A stretch of DNA of 64,000 bases from Lama guanicoe. Lineage: Eukaryota. Positions 13,251-27,765 of this stretch are shown one piece after another. Within the stretch, counting starts at the first letter, position 1. Each line of letters begins with the position of its first letter. The stretch is taken from the NCBI GenBank assembly GCA_013239625.1, contig MU053557.1, forward strand, positions 1,557,063-1,621,062, read 5' to 3'. Below the pieces are notes generated by a model that did not search any database, was not told where the DNA came from, and saw nothing but the letters and a program-made list of their open reading frames with translations. The position numbers were made by a program, and so were the translations under genes.

Positions 13251-16200
13251 ATAAGGAAAGGCAAGATGGGAATTACCTCTTAGTCAAGACAATGTGTTGA
13301 AATTATGAGGACTTCAAGACTCTCATTTAAAAAAAAATGGAGGTTGAGGAGGAAGAGACTGGGAGATCTGGCCATCTTCGGGGTCCTCATAGCTATGCCT
13401 CAGTTTTGTGTCACTGGGAAGCCTTCCTTGATACCTTCAAACATAGTTAAGCACTTCCTGCTATTCATGTCCACAGAGACACACGTTCATACCACCATCG
13501 CTGCCTCATCATATAGCTAGCATGACCACTTTCTTGTCTGTTTGTCATGATTCCCTGAAAAAAGTTTCTGGTTTTGCTCATTTTTGTTTCCTCAAAGCAT
13601 GGTCTAGAGCCTGGTATGTGTTATGCACTGAATACATATTTCTTAAATGGTGGGTGAATGAATAATAGAATATACTTCACTGATGGAAACAAGAAACTCT
13701 GACTGCTGGAGGTCAAGGATCAAGGACTAAAGGGAGAAAACTGAGAGTCTCGTGATGAATTGAGGCTTAGGAAATCCTTATGCAACACCAGGAAACTCAT
13801 GAGAATGTCAGTCATGTTTGTTCCAATGATGTATCAGTGACGACTAAAACAGAACACTTTGAGAGGTACCCTCATGCCTGCTGTTTTGGATGCCGTGAAA
13901 GGAACAGATCTTTCTAAGATATTTGGACAATGCTTAATGGCCAGAAACCAGCGTCCATATAAGGCTGATAAATAATGATAATTTCATCTGTTTCAACACC
14001 GCATTCTGAGTAGTCCTTCCACAGTCTCTCCCCTTCGTAATTTAGAGCTTTAGATCTTACACTTGTAACATCCCAAGATGGGGATCTAATTTTCATCCCT
14101 CCACTACAGAAATTAAATATTTTTTGAATAAACAAGGCCTGCATTCTTGATTACAGCCACACTTCGATGGCCAAAATAACCAGAGAACAGGACAAGGCTA
14201 GTTCAGCACAAACTTATCACCACCCTAAGAACGAACAGTGACTACGTTAACTACACTGGCTCACTAACACTGATAACTGGCTATCACTGTCCATAGCCAT
14301 GAGGTATATCAAAGTTCTGGAGACTGAGTAACTCAAGGCCCCCATATATATATATATTAGCATCCAAATTAGGGAAACTGTTAATCCCAGTATTTGACTT
14401 ACTGTGGGCTTACTGTGATAGTTTCTCTGTTTTCTACAGTAAGTTATATCAAAGACCGTCTTGTAACAGCTACCGAGGGACCAACCAGGCAAAATGGGAG
14501 AAGTCTTATGTGTTCTGACACCTTAGCAGATAAACCCCTGTCTCATTTAGGCTAACTGTACAAGTGTTGCAACAAAGCTTATAACCTCATTGATTATTTT
14601 AAACTTTCCCTAAACTTTTAATGTTCATTACAATCTTTGTGAATACTACTACTGAAGTAAAGAGAGAATTCTTAAAAATTATCCCAAGAGAATGTATCTG
14701 TATCTTTATACCTACATTTTCTGAATTATTTAGCTAGTACAAAGTACTCTAACCATAATCTGAATTATATTCTTTCATACAAGCAATGTTGCCTTCCAAA
14801 TAATATTTACCATGAGTAGGACATTTGACTATGTTGATATGTTGAAAGGAGGGTCCATGTTGACAGGGTTCTGTTTCCCAAATAATATTTCAGTATCAGA
14901 GAACATTTAAGTGGCTGCACAAACCTATTCAAATTTGAATGAAACAGACTAGAAACATTTAAACTTTCAGCAGAATATTATTTGGAGGAAAAACTCGATC
15001 TTATTTGGCTGATTGTATGCTGTTGCTACATTTGCAAATAAATTATTCTTGGCTGCATAAAACTTCACACAACAAATTCTGCTTAGAAGATTAAATGACT
15101 TTGAAACAGATACTCAATAATGGAAAAGTCACTATTACTTCATAAGAGCTACTTTTAAGTTAATGGGTTATCAGAAGAAAATAAGAGCTGATACAAATAC
15201 CAGATGTAAACAAAGCTGGAAGGAAAACTATCTGGCTTGAAGTAAATGCAAAGAGAAGTATTCTGTCAATATCCAAATTGAAATTCTTTCTCTTTCCACC
15301 GTCCCTTTAAGTTTCCGTATTCTGGCAATTTGATTAGATCTTTGGCATCTGGGAGATGCGTTACAGCTATTGGATTCCAATTTCTAGCAAATGAGTAATT
15401 TGCCACAGTCCAAACAACTCCCCTAAGCCAGGATATGTGCTGAAAGAAGTTACGTATTTGTCCAATTATTTTGCCTTTGAATCATTTATCATATTCTCTC
15501 ACTTTCCTTTCCTGCTTCCCCGTTAGAGTGTAAGCTCCCTGGGAAGTGGGAATTGGTTTTATTTACTTCTGGGTCCTTGGCTTATGAAACAGTATCAAAT
15601 ACACAGCAGAACTCCGTAAATATTTGTTGCATGTTGAATGAAAATGGAAGTGAACAGTGAATCAGATGACAGGCTATTACACCAGTGAGACAGTGAGGAG
15701 AGGAGAGGAGTAGCTCCTGGTGAGCAAATTTAAGTCTCTTATTTGCCTAAAACGGAAATGTTATGGTATATGCGGGCAACACTTGGATTTTACCTAGTTA
15801 TGCAATATCTTACATATATCAGTTGCTTTGTGGTAAAAGCTCTGCCTGTCCTTTGATTCTCCATATACGTGACCAACTGTCTGCAGTCTACCAAACTCAG
15901 TCCTATTTAAAAAAAAAAAAAAAGCATTTCTGGAAACTCTCAAAAGGAAATACTAATTTAGGACCGGTCTGTAGTAAAAAAAAAAAAATACACACACACA
16001 CATATATATACATACAGGAAATGAAACAAAATTGTTGGACTGCACAAAGTAGTGTGAAAGGATGGTTACTGGACGAAGTCTTGCTATCTCTCTAGAGAAA
16101 ACTAAGCTGAGACTTTTACACATAATGGCGACTTACACAAAGAGCCAGCTGTCCAGAGATTCATGCGTGGGTGTTTAAAGAGAAATGTCTGGAGAGGGAA

Positions 16201-17749
16201 TTTAACCCAATTTGGGCCGAAGTACCTGCCATAAAGTGTGCCCACTGTGCTCAGGCTCAGTGTGCAGCCACAAGAATGTAACTGAATTATCAAAGCCAAA
16301 TGGGAATGGCATTTGGATGAGTTACTCTTTTCTGGGATAGACAACAAAGTCCTGAGCTAGAAATACTTGACCTCCCTCTGCCAATAACTGACACGGTCGC
16401 CGTGATCAAATGTTTCAGCCTTTGAGCCTAAATAAAATGTAGGACAGGATGACCTTTTAGAATCTTTCTAGGGTTACTTTTAGGGGATTCATGAAAATCT
16501 CCTGGGCCTATGTGATTTGACTGGGTATCTCACCCCAAAGTACTTAAGACAAAAAAAAAAAAGTTAGTCTGACAAATTAGAAAATGAGTAAGTGGTTCTC
16601 TGATGAATATAAATGGTATTTTAAAAAGTTTAAAGTTCTCAAGGTATTCAGGCCAAGATGGCTGTCATTTTTTTTTTCTAAACAGAAATTTTCTATTTCT
16701 AAAATACCTGTTTTTCCCACCTCTCTACTTCAATTTACCTGCGCAGAATTTGCCTAAATTAACTTAAGTGGTTATGTCGAGGACAAGTAGCAGAGAAAAG
16801 GATTTTTATGAAAACTATAGGAGGACATATGTTTCAGAATTATTAGGCTAGGTTTTCGTGATGTTCTCCATCCACAAATTTCCTCAGAGTTTATTCTTGT
16901 TTCCAAGAAGCAACCTGGGCATAAATAACCTGAACAGGTCCCACAAGACACTAGCAGCTCTATATTTGTGTCTCTAACTCCGACTTGCATGCACATTTAT
17001 ACTCTCTGAATAGGTCCAGTCATTTTCCACGGAAGATTCTGACACTTGGAAAAATGAGTGGAGGGAGAAAGTAACAAGAATTTGGAGTATTGTTTAGCCG
17101 GCAAACATGTGATTTGTCGTATCCCCCATCCCACCCCCAAATAAACTAAGTGACTTCTGGGACGAACCAGGAAACCTCAGCTGTCACCAAGCATTCTTGA
17201 GAAGATCTAACAGCTCCTGTCAGGAAGATTCCTTCCTTAAATCACATCAAGTTACATAATAGGACAAAAAAATTCCATTGTAATTTATTTCATTATTTTT
17301 TGTTCTAAAGCGCTCTTAGATTATTGACCCACTTGGACTACTCCTGTTGAAATTACCCACGATCTTACAAACCACAGCCTGTCTCTGTGCCCCATAAATC
17401 ACCAGACCCCCCAAAGCTACTGATCTTCTCCCTTCTTAAACAAATGAGGACATGTGGATGATGCAGAATAAAAAATACCCACAGATGTTTCATTTTATGG
17501 ATTTTATTACAACCTCAAGGAAATGCTTAAAAGGTGATGTTCCTGACATTCCGTACTCTATTTAAGTACTTTTCTGATTTAGCACATTAGATGGTGCACA
17601 AGGTGTCAAAAGGCTTACAAAAGTCATCGCCTGGAAATCAGGTCTGATTAGGACTTTTAATCCAGACAGCCATGTATTAGTGGGTCCTTAGCATTCCCCA
17701 CTCTCATCCACTAAAATCCAGTCACATAAGATAATACTAGTCCTTTCTA

Positions 17750-18880
17750 CCTCAGGATCTTTCTCCAAATGTTTTCTCTACCTGGAATTTTCTGCTCAAA
17801 AATCACTATATGACTTCTCTTTCATCATTTAGGTGAGAACATCAGAAAAGCCCTCTTTGACCACTCTGCACAAAGTTGCACATCCTTCCAGCCCAAGGTA
17901 CTATTGCCTTAGTTTAACTCTCCTCAAAGCACTAATTGTTGGAAATTTTACTGTTCAGTCATTTGTTTATATATTTTTTTCCTGTCTCACCCAACAGGAA
18001 TTTGAGTTCCTTGTCTGCCTGTCTAAAGCCATATCCTTGACAACTTGTATTATACCTAGAATATACATAGCACTCAATCAATACTAATTGATTGATTTCG
18101 TTAGATGGAAGTGTCATAATTGAATATGTCAGGGCTCTAAGGTCACCAACTTGCTGGTTGGCCAAAGAATAGGCGGGAAGAATGGCTGAAGTACCCACTT
18201 CTGGCCCCAGTATTGTACATCCTGTTTGCTCATTATTATCTTCAACTGATGTCTTCAAGGCACCTCAAATTCACTATGTCAAAACCAAACCAGTGCCTTT
18301 AACTTGCCTTTAATCAGGTTCTCCTCATGCATTCCCTATGACTATAAACAGTACTGCACCTAATGCCCTGGAACTCCAAACTCCTAACACCATCCTTGAC
18401 TTTTCCTTCTCCCTCATACAATCTTAACATTCAATCCACCAGGAATAACTATTTATTTTAGTTCATAAATATGTCTCAAAGTTCATTTATTCCCTGGCTC
18501 AGGGCCTGCACTTATACTGTTTGCTCTGACATGAAGGCCCTTCTTTCTGCCCCTCTTTGCCTAATTAACTTATAGTCTCAGATCAAATATCTTTTTTCAG
18601 CAAAGTCTTTTGTAGTTCTTACTCTAAATCAACACTTTCAATCTTCTATACACATAGAAAGTGACTTCTACTACATTTTACAATTTTAAAAATATTTTTA
18701 TATGATCATGTGGTTATTTAAGTAATTTCTGGTGAAGTAATGTCTGGATGTGATCCAGTTTTTTTCTTTTTTCTTTTTTTTTCCACTTTTGGGACTTCGG
18801 GTTTTAGAGCAGAAGTCGTTTCTGGTTTTTCTCACTATAAATGGCATTAAATTATCATTAGTTGAGTGAATGAATGACTA
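17750..18880 (+). mobile_element. Cluster of L2 fragments
   Basis: aggcacctcaaattcactatgtcaaaacc; catccttgacttttccttctccctca; gagtgaatgaatga tail. Confidence 0.6.
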
Positions 18881-19379
18881 CAAGATCTTTGAAGGCTATG
18901 ATTGAGTTTTAACTTTTTCTGCCTCCACAAATGCCTAAAGCATTGCCATCTACAGTACAAGGGCTCAACAAGTGTTATTGAACAAAATGAATCCAGTTAT
19001 CAGTGATCTCGTAACTATGGGACACACTGAATTTGTATACATGTCCTGGAAAAGCAAAAATGGTGTAACGTGGAACATGATAGAACAGTTGTTACTCATT
19101 TATTTTTTCTAATGATCCACTGGAAATTCTGATTCTAGTAATAGCAATGTATTTTGCATAAGGCTGAGCCTTTCCCAGTTAATAATCATAAACTCTAAAT
19201 AGATTATTTTATAAATATATCAGTACTAAGTTAAAGGCTCTGAAGAATGATCAAAAGCAGGAAAAAAACTGAAATGGATTTGATCCTTGAAAGGCTGGAA
19301 CCAAACAGGGTCAGATCCATGTTTATACATCTATTCCATGGATACATACATACTCTCCATTAAGACACGTCAATCTCAA

Positions 19380-22300
19380 GTGTTAGGAGAAAAAAAAGTT
19401 CAGGTCTGCCACAAAGAGGCTGAAAAATGAGGAAGGAAATCCTAGGAAGTCGAGTGCCACAGAGTGGAGAGCCACAAAATCTCCATGTAAACTTTTTTTG
19501 AATTCTTGGCTGATGCCTGTAATGTGCATGTATGGGGGACACTATGAGAAGCTCAGTGGAAAGTAACAGCTAGAAGCCCAAAAGGTTTAGGAGCTGTTTC
19601 AGTTATCACCTACCATAAGGAGACAGAATTGGATCCCAGCCAGTCAGAAAGAGATAGAATCTGAAGCCCTGGATCTTTCCATTGAAACTCCAGAGGGGCC
19701 AGACCCCGGAGTAAATATTGTGGTCCAGAACTAAGAGATTTCCCTAAGAACAAAATGCAATAAACATTCCATAAGAGAGTAAAATCAAGACATCACAAGT
19801 CCTAGATGATCAGCCTACTTAGATAAAAATAAACATTCGGTAGAACACCAAAACAGAATATAGTGTCTCTACATGATATTACCCACAGTTCCATTAAAAT
19901 AACTAGACATATGAAAAATAGAAAACTTGGATGCACAGTCAAGAGAAAAATTCATAAAAATATACTCTGAGATTATTCAGTTGCTGAATTCAGTATGTAT
20001 TACTTTAAATATATTGAATAACTTTAAAATTGTGGGCAGGTGGTGAGGTAGCATAATGAAGACAAAGGAATGAAAAGGGGATTATAGAAGAGAAATAGAA
20101 ACCTTAAAGAATGAAGTAGAAATCCTAAAATTTAAAAACACAATATAAGCACTGAAAAAGTCATTAGATGGGTTATCAACAAATTGGAGATGGAAGAAGA
20201 AAGGATTAGTTAACTTGAAGACATACATAAAAAGTATCTAAGCTGAAGATAGTAACATATAAAAAAAAATTAACAGAGATTCATGACCTGTGTGAATAAT
20301 GTCAAGCAATCCACCACACATATAATCAAAGTCAGAACAAGGTAAAAGTATGATTCAGACTGAAAAAAATGTTAATTAACACCCAGAAAGATACCAAGTT
20401 TGGTGGAAAATATCAACCCAGAGATTCAAAAAGCTCAGCAAAAGATACTTCATAGTCGAAGCTCTTTCAAAAAAAAAAAAAGGAAAGAAGGAATATCTTG
20501 AAACAATCTAGAGAAAAACTACACCTTAATTTCAGGGGGACAATAAAAATGACAGTTAAATTCTCATCAGAAACAATGGAGGCCAGAAGAAAATGAAATG
20601 ATTTTTAAAGAGCAAGTGTGGCTATTAAATAAATGTAAACTTAGAATTCTAGTTCTAGAAAAACATATTTCAAAAACAAATATAAGACAAAAATATTTTC
20701 AAACATACAGAAACTATGAGAATGTATTACCAGCAAAACTGTACTGTGAAAAATGCTCTATGAAGCTCTTTTCTTTGAAAGAAACTAAAGCTAGGCAGAA
20801 ACTCAGATCTACAAGAAGGGATGGAGAGCACCAGCAGTGGTAAATACATGGTCAAGGAGAAAAGATAGTTTTAATTTACTTTTAATTTCTTTAAACAACA
20901 ATTGATATTTATCATGATTCTCATAATACTTGGAGTTGTAAAATATATGGCAACAATAGTGTAAGAATGGAATAAAAAATTATATTGTTTCAAGTTTCTT
21001 ATATTTTTATATCAAGTGCTACCAAGTATTTGTAAACGCACTGTGATAGATTAAGGATGTAATCACTCTTTAAAAATTACCCATAGGTAGGGCTAGAGCT
21101 AAAAAGCCAAGAGAAGAATTAAAATACTTTAAAATATCCCATTAACCCCAAAGAAGACATAAAAGGAGGCATTAAGCAAAATAGACAACAAAGAGCAAAA
21201 TAGTAGGCTTAATCCAACTATATCAACAATCACTTTAAATATAAATGGACCAAATATTGCAATTATAAGGCATAAATTAAGACTATGTAAAAAGCAAGAC
21301 AACTATATGCTATCTACACAAGCCATGCTTTAAATATCTACATCCAATAGCTTAAAGCAAAAGGATGGGAAAAAATAAGCATAAGAAATCTGAAATAGAA
21401 TGACTAAAGAGTAATAAAGCTTTCAAGATCACTTCCTGATATATGATTTGGAGATGGCCTGGCTTCAGGCAGAACTGATTCAGAGGGTCTGCCAAGCAAG
21501 GTCAAGCCCTGGACCTCAGTGGTGGTACTCAAACCAGAAGATTAGCACCATACACCAGGATGGGAGGCAGACAGGGCTGGTAAAAGCTACTGCTACCAAA
21601 CCAAAGTGCTTCCAGAAGCCAAAGCTGGAACAATTTGAGTACTGATGTAAACAGCATGATATTATATTATATAAATAAGCCCAAATATAAAAATAATATA
21701 GCACTGGATTATATATAATAAATTTATATATTTTCAATTTTTAATTTTAAAAAGGAGATCTGAAATCGAACTATTAAGACAAAATCAAAGAAAAAATATT
21801 TTCGAGATAAAGAGAGATGTTTCATAATTATAATAGGATAAGTTTGTCACAAAAGTATAATAATTCTAAACATGTATGCATATAATAACAGAGCTTCAAC
21901 ATGGAAATAAAAACTAACAAAACTGGAGAAAAACTAGACCAACTCACAGTCACACTGGGACATTTTAAACTCTCTTACTTCAGTTGAAGAGCAAAGACAG
22001 AGACTTCAACACATCATTATTAGCCACCTTGACCTATTTGATATTTATGGAGGACTACACACAAAAATGGCAAAGAGGAAATTAACAAAGATAGGCCATA
22101 TGCTGGGCTATAAAATAAGTCTCAAAATTTTCAAGAAAAAGTCATGCAAGACTTGGTTACTAATCTCAAAAGAATTTTATCAAAAGTCAATAATGGTAAG
22201 ATAAATAGACTAACCCTCCAACTACATGGAAATTAAACAACACATTTCTAAATATATCCTGGGTCAAAAAAGAAAGCATAGAAGAAAATAAAAATTATTT

Positions 22301-23430
22301 TGAACTAAATGATGATAAAAACACAACACATCAAAATCTGTGGGATGAAGCAGTACTTAGATAAAAATTTTTATCTCTAAATTCTTGTATTAGAACAGAA
22401 GCCAAATTAGCAGTCGAATTATACCCAAATTGAGTAGAAGGAAGGAAAAAATTAAGGTAGGAGCAGAACTCAATGAAACAGAAAGCAAACAACAGAGCAA
22501 AAGCTTATAAAAATCTAGCAAGACCAGTTTTTAAAAAGAAAGCATAAATTAATAACATCGAGGTGGGTGGAAGATCATATCAAAATAATCCTACAGGTAT
22601 TAAAAATATATTAAGGAAATATTTTGATTGTATTCCAATAAATGTGACAACCTACTTGAAATGGACAAATTCTTTTACAATACAACTTATAACATTGAAT
22701 CAGGAAAAAAAGAGGATAGATAAACTAATTAATAGTAAATTGAATATATTATTACCAAAAAAACCCTCTCACAAAGAAAATTCCAGGACACATAGCTTCA
22801 CTGTAAAATTCTAACATTTAAGGGGGTACATTTTTTTACTCACTAGAACGAACAAGCTTAAAGAGACTGACAACATCAGATGGGGGTGATATGGGCCTTA
22901 CATACTTTGCCAGAGAAAATGTAAAATCGTACATACACCTACCAGTTTCTCTTGGAGGCATTTATGAAAACAACGTAGGTCCACAAAATAGAGTTCCATA
23001 ATAATAGTCAAAGACACCTTACTCATAATATTCAGAAATGAAGACATTTAAAATGTTCAACAGGAGAATGAATAACCAAACTGTAGTATATCTATCCAGT
23101 GGAATACTTCTCTAGCAATAAGAATAAATTATGTATAGATACAACAGTATGGACAAGGCTCTTCAAAGGTACGTTGTGCAAAGTAAGGCAGAAATAAAAT
23201 AATTCATACTATAATGGCAAAATAATCTGTGATGAGAAATGAGAACAGTAGTTTTCAGTGGAGAGTAAACATTGACCTGACAGGGTTAAGAAAGAATTTG
23301 TGGAGGTAGCAGGAATGTTCTACATCTTGGTTTGGGTGATGATTACGCAAATGTTTGCATTTATCAAAACGTATTAAATTATGCAAAGGTCTATGGATCA
23401 CACTGCATGTAAATTTTACCTCAATAAACG
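19380..23430 (+). mobile_element. Old L1M-type LINE: 5'UTR, ORF1 and EN remnants joined to the 3' end, RT region missing
   Basis: ORF1 remnants (ttctcatcagaaacaatggaggccagaagaaaatg); EN start atcactttaaatataaatgga at ~21229; KKSPGPDGFT-like relic at ~22770-22815 followed directly by C-terminal and 3'UTR relics ending ttttacctcaataaa; many stops and indels. Confidence 0.8.
21401..21757 (+). mobile_element. Nested retroposed insert in the old L1 (L1MD/MC-like 3'UTR fragment?)
   Basis: Flanked by atctgaaatagaa (21388-21400) and atctgaaatcgaa (21758-21770); contains gccaaagctggaacaatttgag, recalled as an L1MD-type 3'UTR motif; AT-rich end. Confidence 0.5.
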
Positions 23431-25329
23431 TATTTTAAAATTTAAAAATTTATCTTTTAATAAAATTGGATTGTAAATACCACAGTGACCAAAGTGAAAC
23501 AGGTTCCCTTCCTGAGGGACTTCTTAGAGCCTTTATGAAGACAAATATACATTGTAAGTGTCTGTGAAAGAATACAGTCTTTATTATTGCCCAGGGTTAT
23601 TTGTCTATGGAATTTTTTTTTTAATTATTCCAGAGCACCTTGAAGCACATTAATGCTTCTGGAAAAAATGTTCTGCAGAAAATGCTTTTGGAAGTGCTGC
23701 CCTAATGGCATCTTCCATCAGAGGAGATAGTTTCCTGGGCAACACTGTAGGGAGGAAAAATGCAAAGTGACCACCCTGTCTGATAGGATCCAGGTTGGAA
23801 ACCAATTCGCTTTAGTGATGAGAAATCTCAGTCATCAAATTTTTGCAACTCATACATTTTTTATTCCTGTAACACATGGTAGTGAATAATGTAGGACTGT
23901 TTCCTCTTTTACCGAGAACTCTTGGCCTATGTGTACAGACAGTACAAGACAACTATTGCATTTTACATTTCCATTCATGGAAATCCATCCCACAAAGTGG
24001 AATTATTTATATTTAGACCATAAATGACGTTGAACCCTGCAAGACCCAACTCAAAAGCCACCTTCATGAATCCTTCATAAAGCCTTTTCAGATCCTCTAC
24101 AGACTGGGACCACCTTTTATTTCTCTGAACATCTCTATCTCTCTCTTTCTTAGTGCTTATTACTTTCTCCCTTTTACTGGCATTATTTGTACAGTTACTA
24201 TGTTCCTCTAGAGATACAGAAGCTGTGTCTCTCTGTTAGACAAATATCTCATGGAGTAAATTCTTAATTCTTATTGAAATAGTGAATGAGCACTTGATAT
24301 GTTATTTTAAGAGCTGACTTTCAACCTCTGGAATCAGAACTGCTTATTCTCTGGAATCAGGGAATAGCTTACTCTACGTTACTTTGTAACACCAGCTCTC
24401 CTGGGAGCAGCCCAAATAAAATTGAATCCTGGTTTGTTTCCCTCATTGAACTCAGCAAGCTGCTTCATTGTGAGGGATAAGCTCCCAGCCATTTCTAAAG
24501 GTTGGGAACATAGCTTGATAATTCACGGTCTCCCCACCAAAATTGCTTTACATGAGTTAGTAATAATAATCAATAAATTGATAGATATTTACATAGCACC
24601 TACTTAGTAAATTACACTAGATTAGATAATGTGAATGACCAAATCTACTGATGAAATGATTCAATCTGTTATATCATCAAACATGAGCAAACAGAACCTA
24701 AGTGTTGCTCTTAGACATGTCAAAAAAAAAAACCATATTTGTGAACTCTTATTTAAACCTTTTATTTCTCCAAAGGGAAATGGAGCTGCATGGCTACACT
24801 GAGCTAGTGGAATTCCACATACAAAGTAAAGAGTATCCATGAAGCAAAAATTTGGTCTTCAGCTAAAATTAGAGAATATTAAAGAGAGAAAGGACCACTT
24901 CTTCCATTTAATAGATGTAAAAATGAGACCAGAAGAAGTTAGATGATATATGTAATGCCGTGGCACTAGTTTAAGGAGTGAGGCATATCTAGAATTCATA
25001 TTATCAAATGCCTAGTTCAGGGATTTTCAAAACTATTTCACATTGTTTCTTTTTAAAGAATTTTTACTTATCAGTAATTAACCAGTGAGTTCTATGCACT
25101 TGAAAACTGAAGATGTTCAGTTATGATTGCATTATTTTGTCCACATGTGACCCCTAGCCCTCTGGATGCTACTTTCGAGAAAATAATCTACTACTACAAA
25201 TTTGAGGGTGGCAAAATGTCCTTTAAAAATAAAAGCATCTGAGGAAGCTTACCCTTAATACAGGTAAAATAGACTTGCAAACACTTCATAAAAATCAGAA
25301 GAGAAGGCTCAAGAAATAAAGGATGAGGA

Positions 25330-25500
25330 TGGAAGGAAAATACAAGAACGCATCACTTGGTACTAATTACCCCTTGGGTGGGGAGTTGGGTGCCTGTGGA
25401 ATGGGGTGAACAGAACACGTTTCACTGTGTTTCTTTTCCACCTTGAATTCTGCATCCTAGTGTTGCTTATTCAAACTCTAAAAATAAAAATCATTGGCAC
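25330..25500 (+). mobile_element. L1ME-like 3' end fragment
   Basis: ggaaggaaaatacaagaa...ttcactgtgtttcttttccaccttgaattc...ttattcaaa...aaataaaaa. Confidence 0.45.
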
Positions 25501-25739
25501 TTTTCATAATTAAAAAACAAATATACAACTTATCTCTATAATTAGCTACAATAAATAGTGTATCTTAGTCTCGCAAGTAGCAAGTGAAAACATGGGAACA
25601 CTATGGACAACGAAGGTCCCCAGACGCTTGGTAGGGCTCTTCCCCTGTCCATTAGTACTTGTCTTTTTCTCCCTCCCATTAACTGGACCCATTTTACAAA
25701 GCCTAGTTTAACCTCCATCACCTTTATAATGGCTGTAAT

Positions 25740-26420
25740 GACTGCCCCAGCTCTCACAAAGCCTTGTTTCTCTAAACTCTGGCAGACCTTGCGGACCAGG
25801 CCCCCTGCCTACACTCACTGTACCATACCATTCCTCCTCCCTTACTTTGCTTTGGCTAAAACAGTTGGTCTCTTCTCTGTTTTTCAAACATGCCAAGCTC
25901 ATTCCTAAATCAAGGACTGGTCCTTATTATGCCCTGTGTCTGCAATCTGTTCCTCTAAATCTGTACATAGCTGGCTTTTTCTTGTGCCTCAAGCCAAAAA
26001 GTTCAATGATCACTTTTTTGTCAAGGCTACCTAGACCACCCAATCTCAGTCTAACACTTCTCCTGTCCTGTACCACTCCCCTCCCATCGATACCTATTAC
26101 ATCCTGTTTTATTTTCATCCTCCTACCACTTTATCTGAAATTACCTCTTTCTTGGAGGAGAAATAATTAGGTTTATTTATATTTATTTATTTATGTATTT
26201 TTTTAAAGGAGGTACTGGAGATTGAACCCAAGACCTCATGCTTGCTAAGCATGCTCTCTACCACTTAGCTTTAGCCTCCTGTCTTTTTTATTTCAATGTT
26301 TAGGTTTTTTTGGTTTTCTCTACTACAATGTAAGCATCATAAAGGTAAGAGATTTTCACTGTTTACCACTCCAGCTCTAGCTTCTGGCACATAATAGATG
26401 TTTGATAAATATTTACCCAA
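25740..26420 (+). mobile_element. L2 3' fragment interrupted by a camelid SINE
   Basis: tttcaaacatgccaagctcattcct; ctggcacataatagatgtttgataaatattta. Confidence 0.65.
26147..26280 (-). mobile_element. Camelid tRNA-derived SINE (Vic-1-like)
   Basis: ggaggtactggagattgaacccaagacctcatgcttgctaagcatgctctctaccacttagct with (ttta)n linker; same family as 11011 and 30192. Confidence 0.85.
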
Positions 26421-27737
26421 AGAACATCCTGTATCCCATTCTGCCCTGTAGTACTTGCTGACTGTCTCATTCTTTACCTCCCCAATTAAATTATAATTCC
26501 CCTATAGCTGAGAACCATATTTCATCTGCCTCCCCTCCTGCTTGTTGAAAACATCCAGGCAGATCTGCCCTATGTAACTAATTGATGGATCAGAGTTTGT
26601 GGATGTTATGCAAGATGACAGATAACAGGGAAATAAAAACAGGTGATCTTAGACGGGTTTGTGGATGATGTAAGTTAACCCACCTCCACATGTCCGGAAT
26701 GGGTGATGAGCTGTCTCACCCCCTAACACAGAGGCAATAAACACCCCTGCTCTGCAGTATCTACAAAAGCCCAAATGTCAATACCTGTTAATGTCTGAGG
26801 CTCACTGCTCCCCAGAGAATTTTTACTAAAGGGAGAGAGTAAAGCATTAAAATGTAAATTCTGCTATTCCGACTGCTTTGCATTTAGGTAACATCTTCCT
26901 TCCAAAAAGCTTAAATAAGTGGTAACAACTCTGTTAAACATAAAACGCAGTATACATCTCACACAGTCCAAATGAACTGAAATTAAAACTCGTAGGAGTT
27001 GTTCTAAAAATCTCTCCTGGCAGCATGGCATCCAAACTTAGGGAAAATGCAGATATAGTTCTTGGGAATGATAGCTGGGTTGCTCACTTAGTCTCTGAAA
27101 TTTCAGTTCTTGGTAGTTCAGGGGAGAGGCTGAGTTAGCACAGGAGTGGTGCCTGCATCGCCACCTCAGGGACCTACACTCACTCAACTCAGAAAGCCAG
27201 AAACTTACATCAGAGCTCCTCAAAATGTCTCTAGTAAATAATACTACTATTTGAGCATAAGAACAACTTGTATGATTTATTCAAATACTCAACAAATATC
27301 TGTTCAGTAGTTACTAAGTAAATGCCAGGCTATCACCATGAAAACCCAAGACAAACGTCTGTCTTGCTAGGTTGGCTATGGAGACAGGTGAGTAAACCAG
27401 TATCTTCAATCCAGTAACCCAGTGTCATGGAGCTCTGATGGGAATAAGGTCAGTGAGAGTACCTAAAAAAGATAACTAATCCTATTTTGGAAGATCAGAG
27501 AAGGTTCTCAACGAAGTGGTATCTCGTCTGGGCCTTTGGAGGAGTTACCAGACCAACAGCAAGAAGAAGTACCCCAGACTCAAAGAACGGAATGTACATA
27601 GGCTCAGATGCAGAAGAAGTGTGGAGTATGAAGGGACTTGTAAATGAGTAATGCACCTCAATCACAGAGGCACAGTTGAATACAAGACACTCTAAAAACA
27701 GAGCATCAACTTCATTAGGACATAACCCAGTCTATCA

Positions 27738-27765
27738 GGGTTTGTTTGTTTGTTTGTTTGTTTTT
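27738..27765. repeat. (GTTT)n microsatellite
   Basis: gtttgtttgtttgtttgtttgttttt. Confidence 0.9.

Noticed and set aside
13914..14144. 76-aa ORF with protein-like composition and a possible 43-nt mini-exon
   Set aside because: No recognisable homology and weak splice signals
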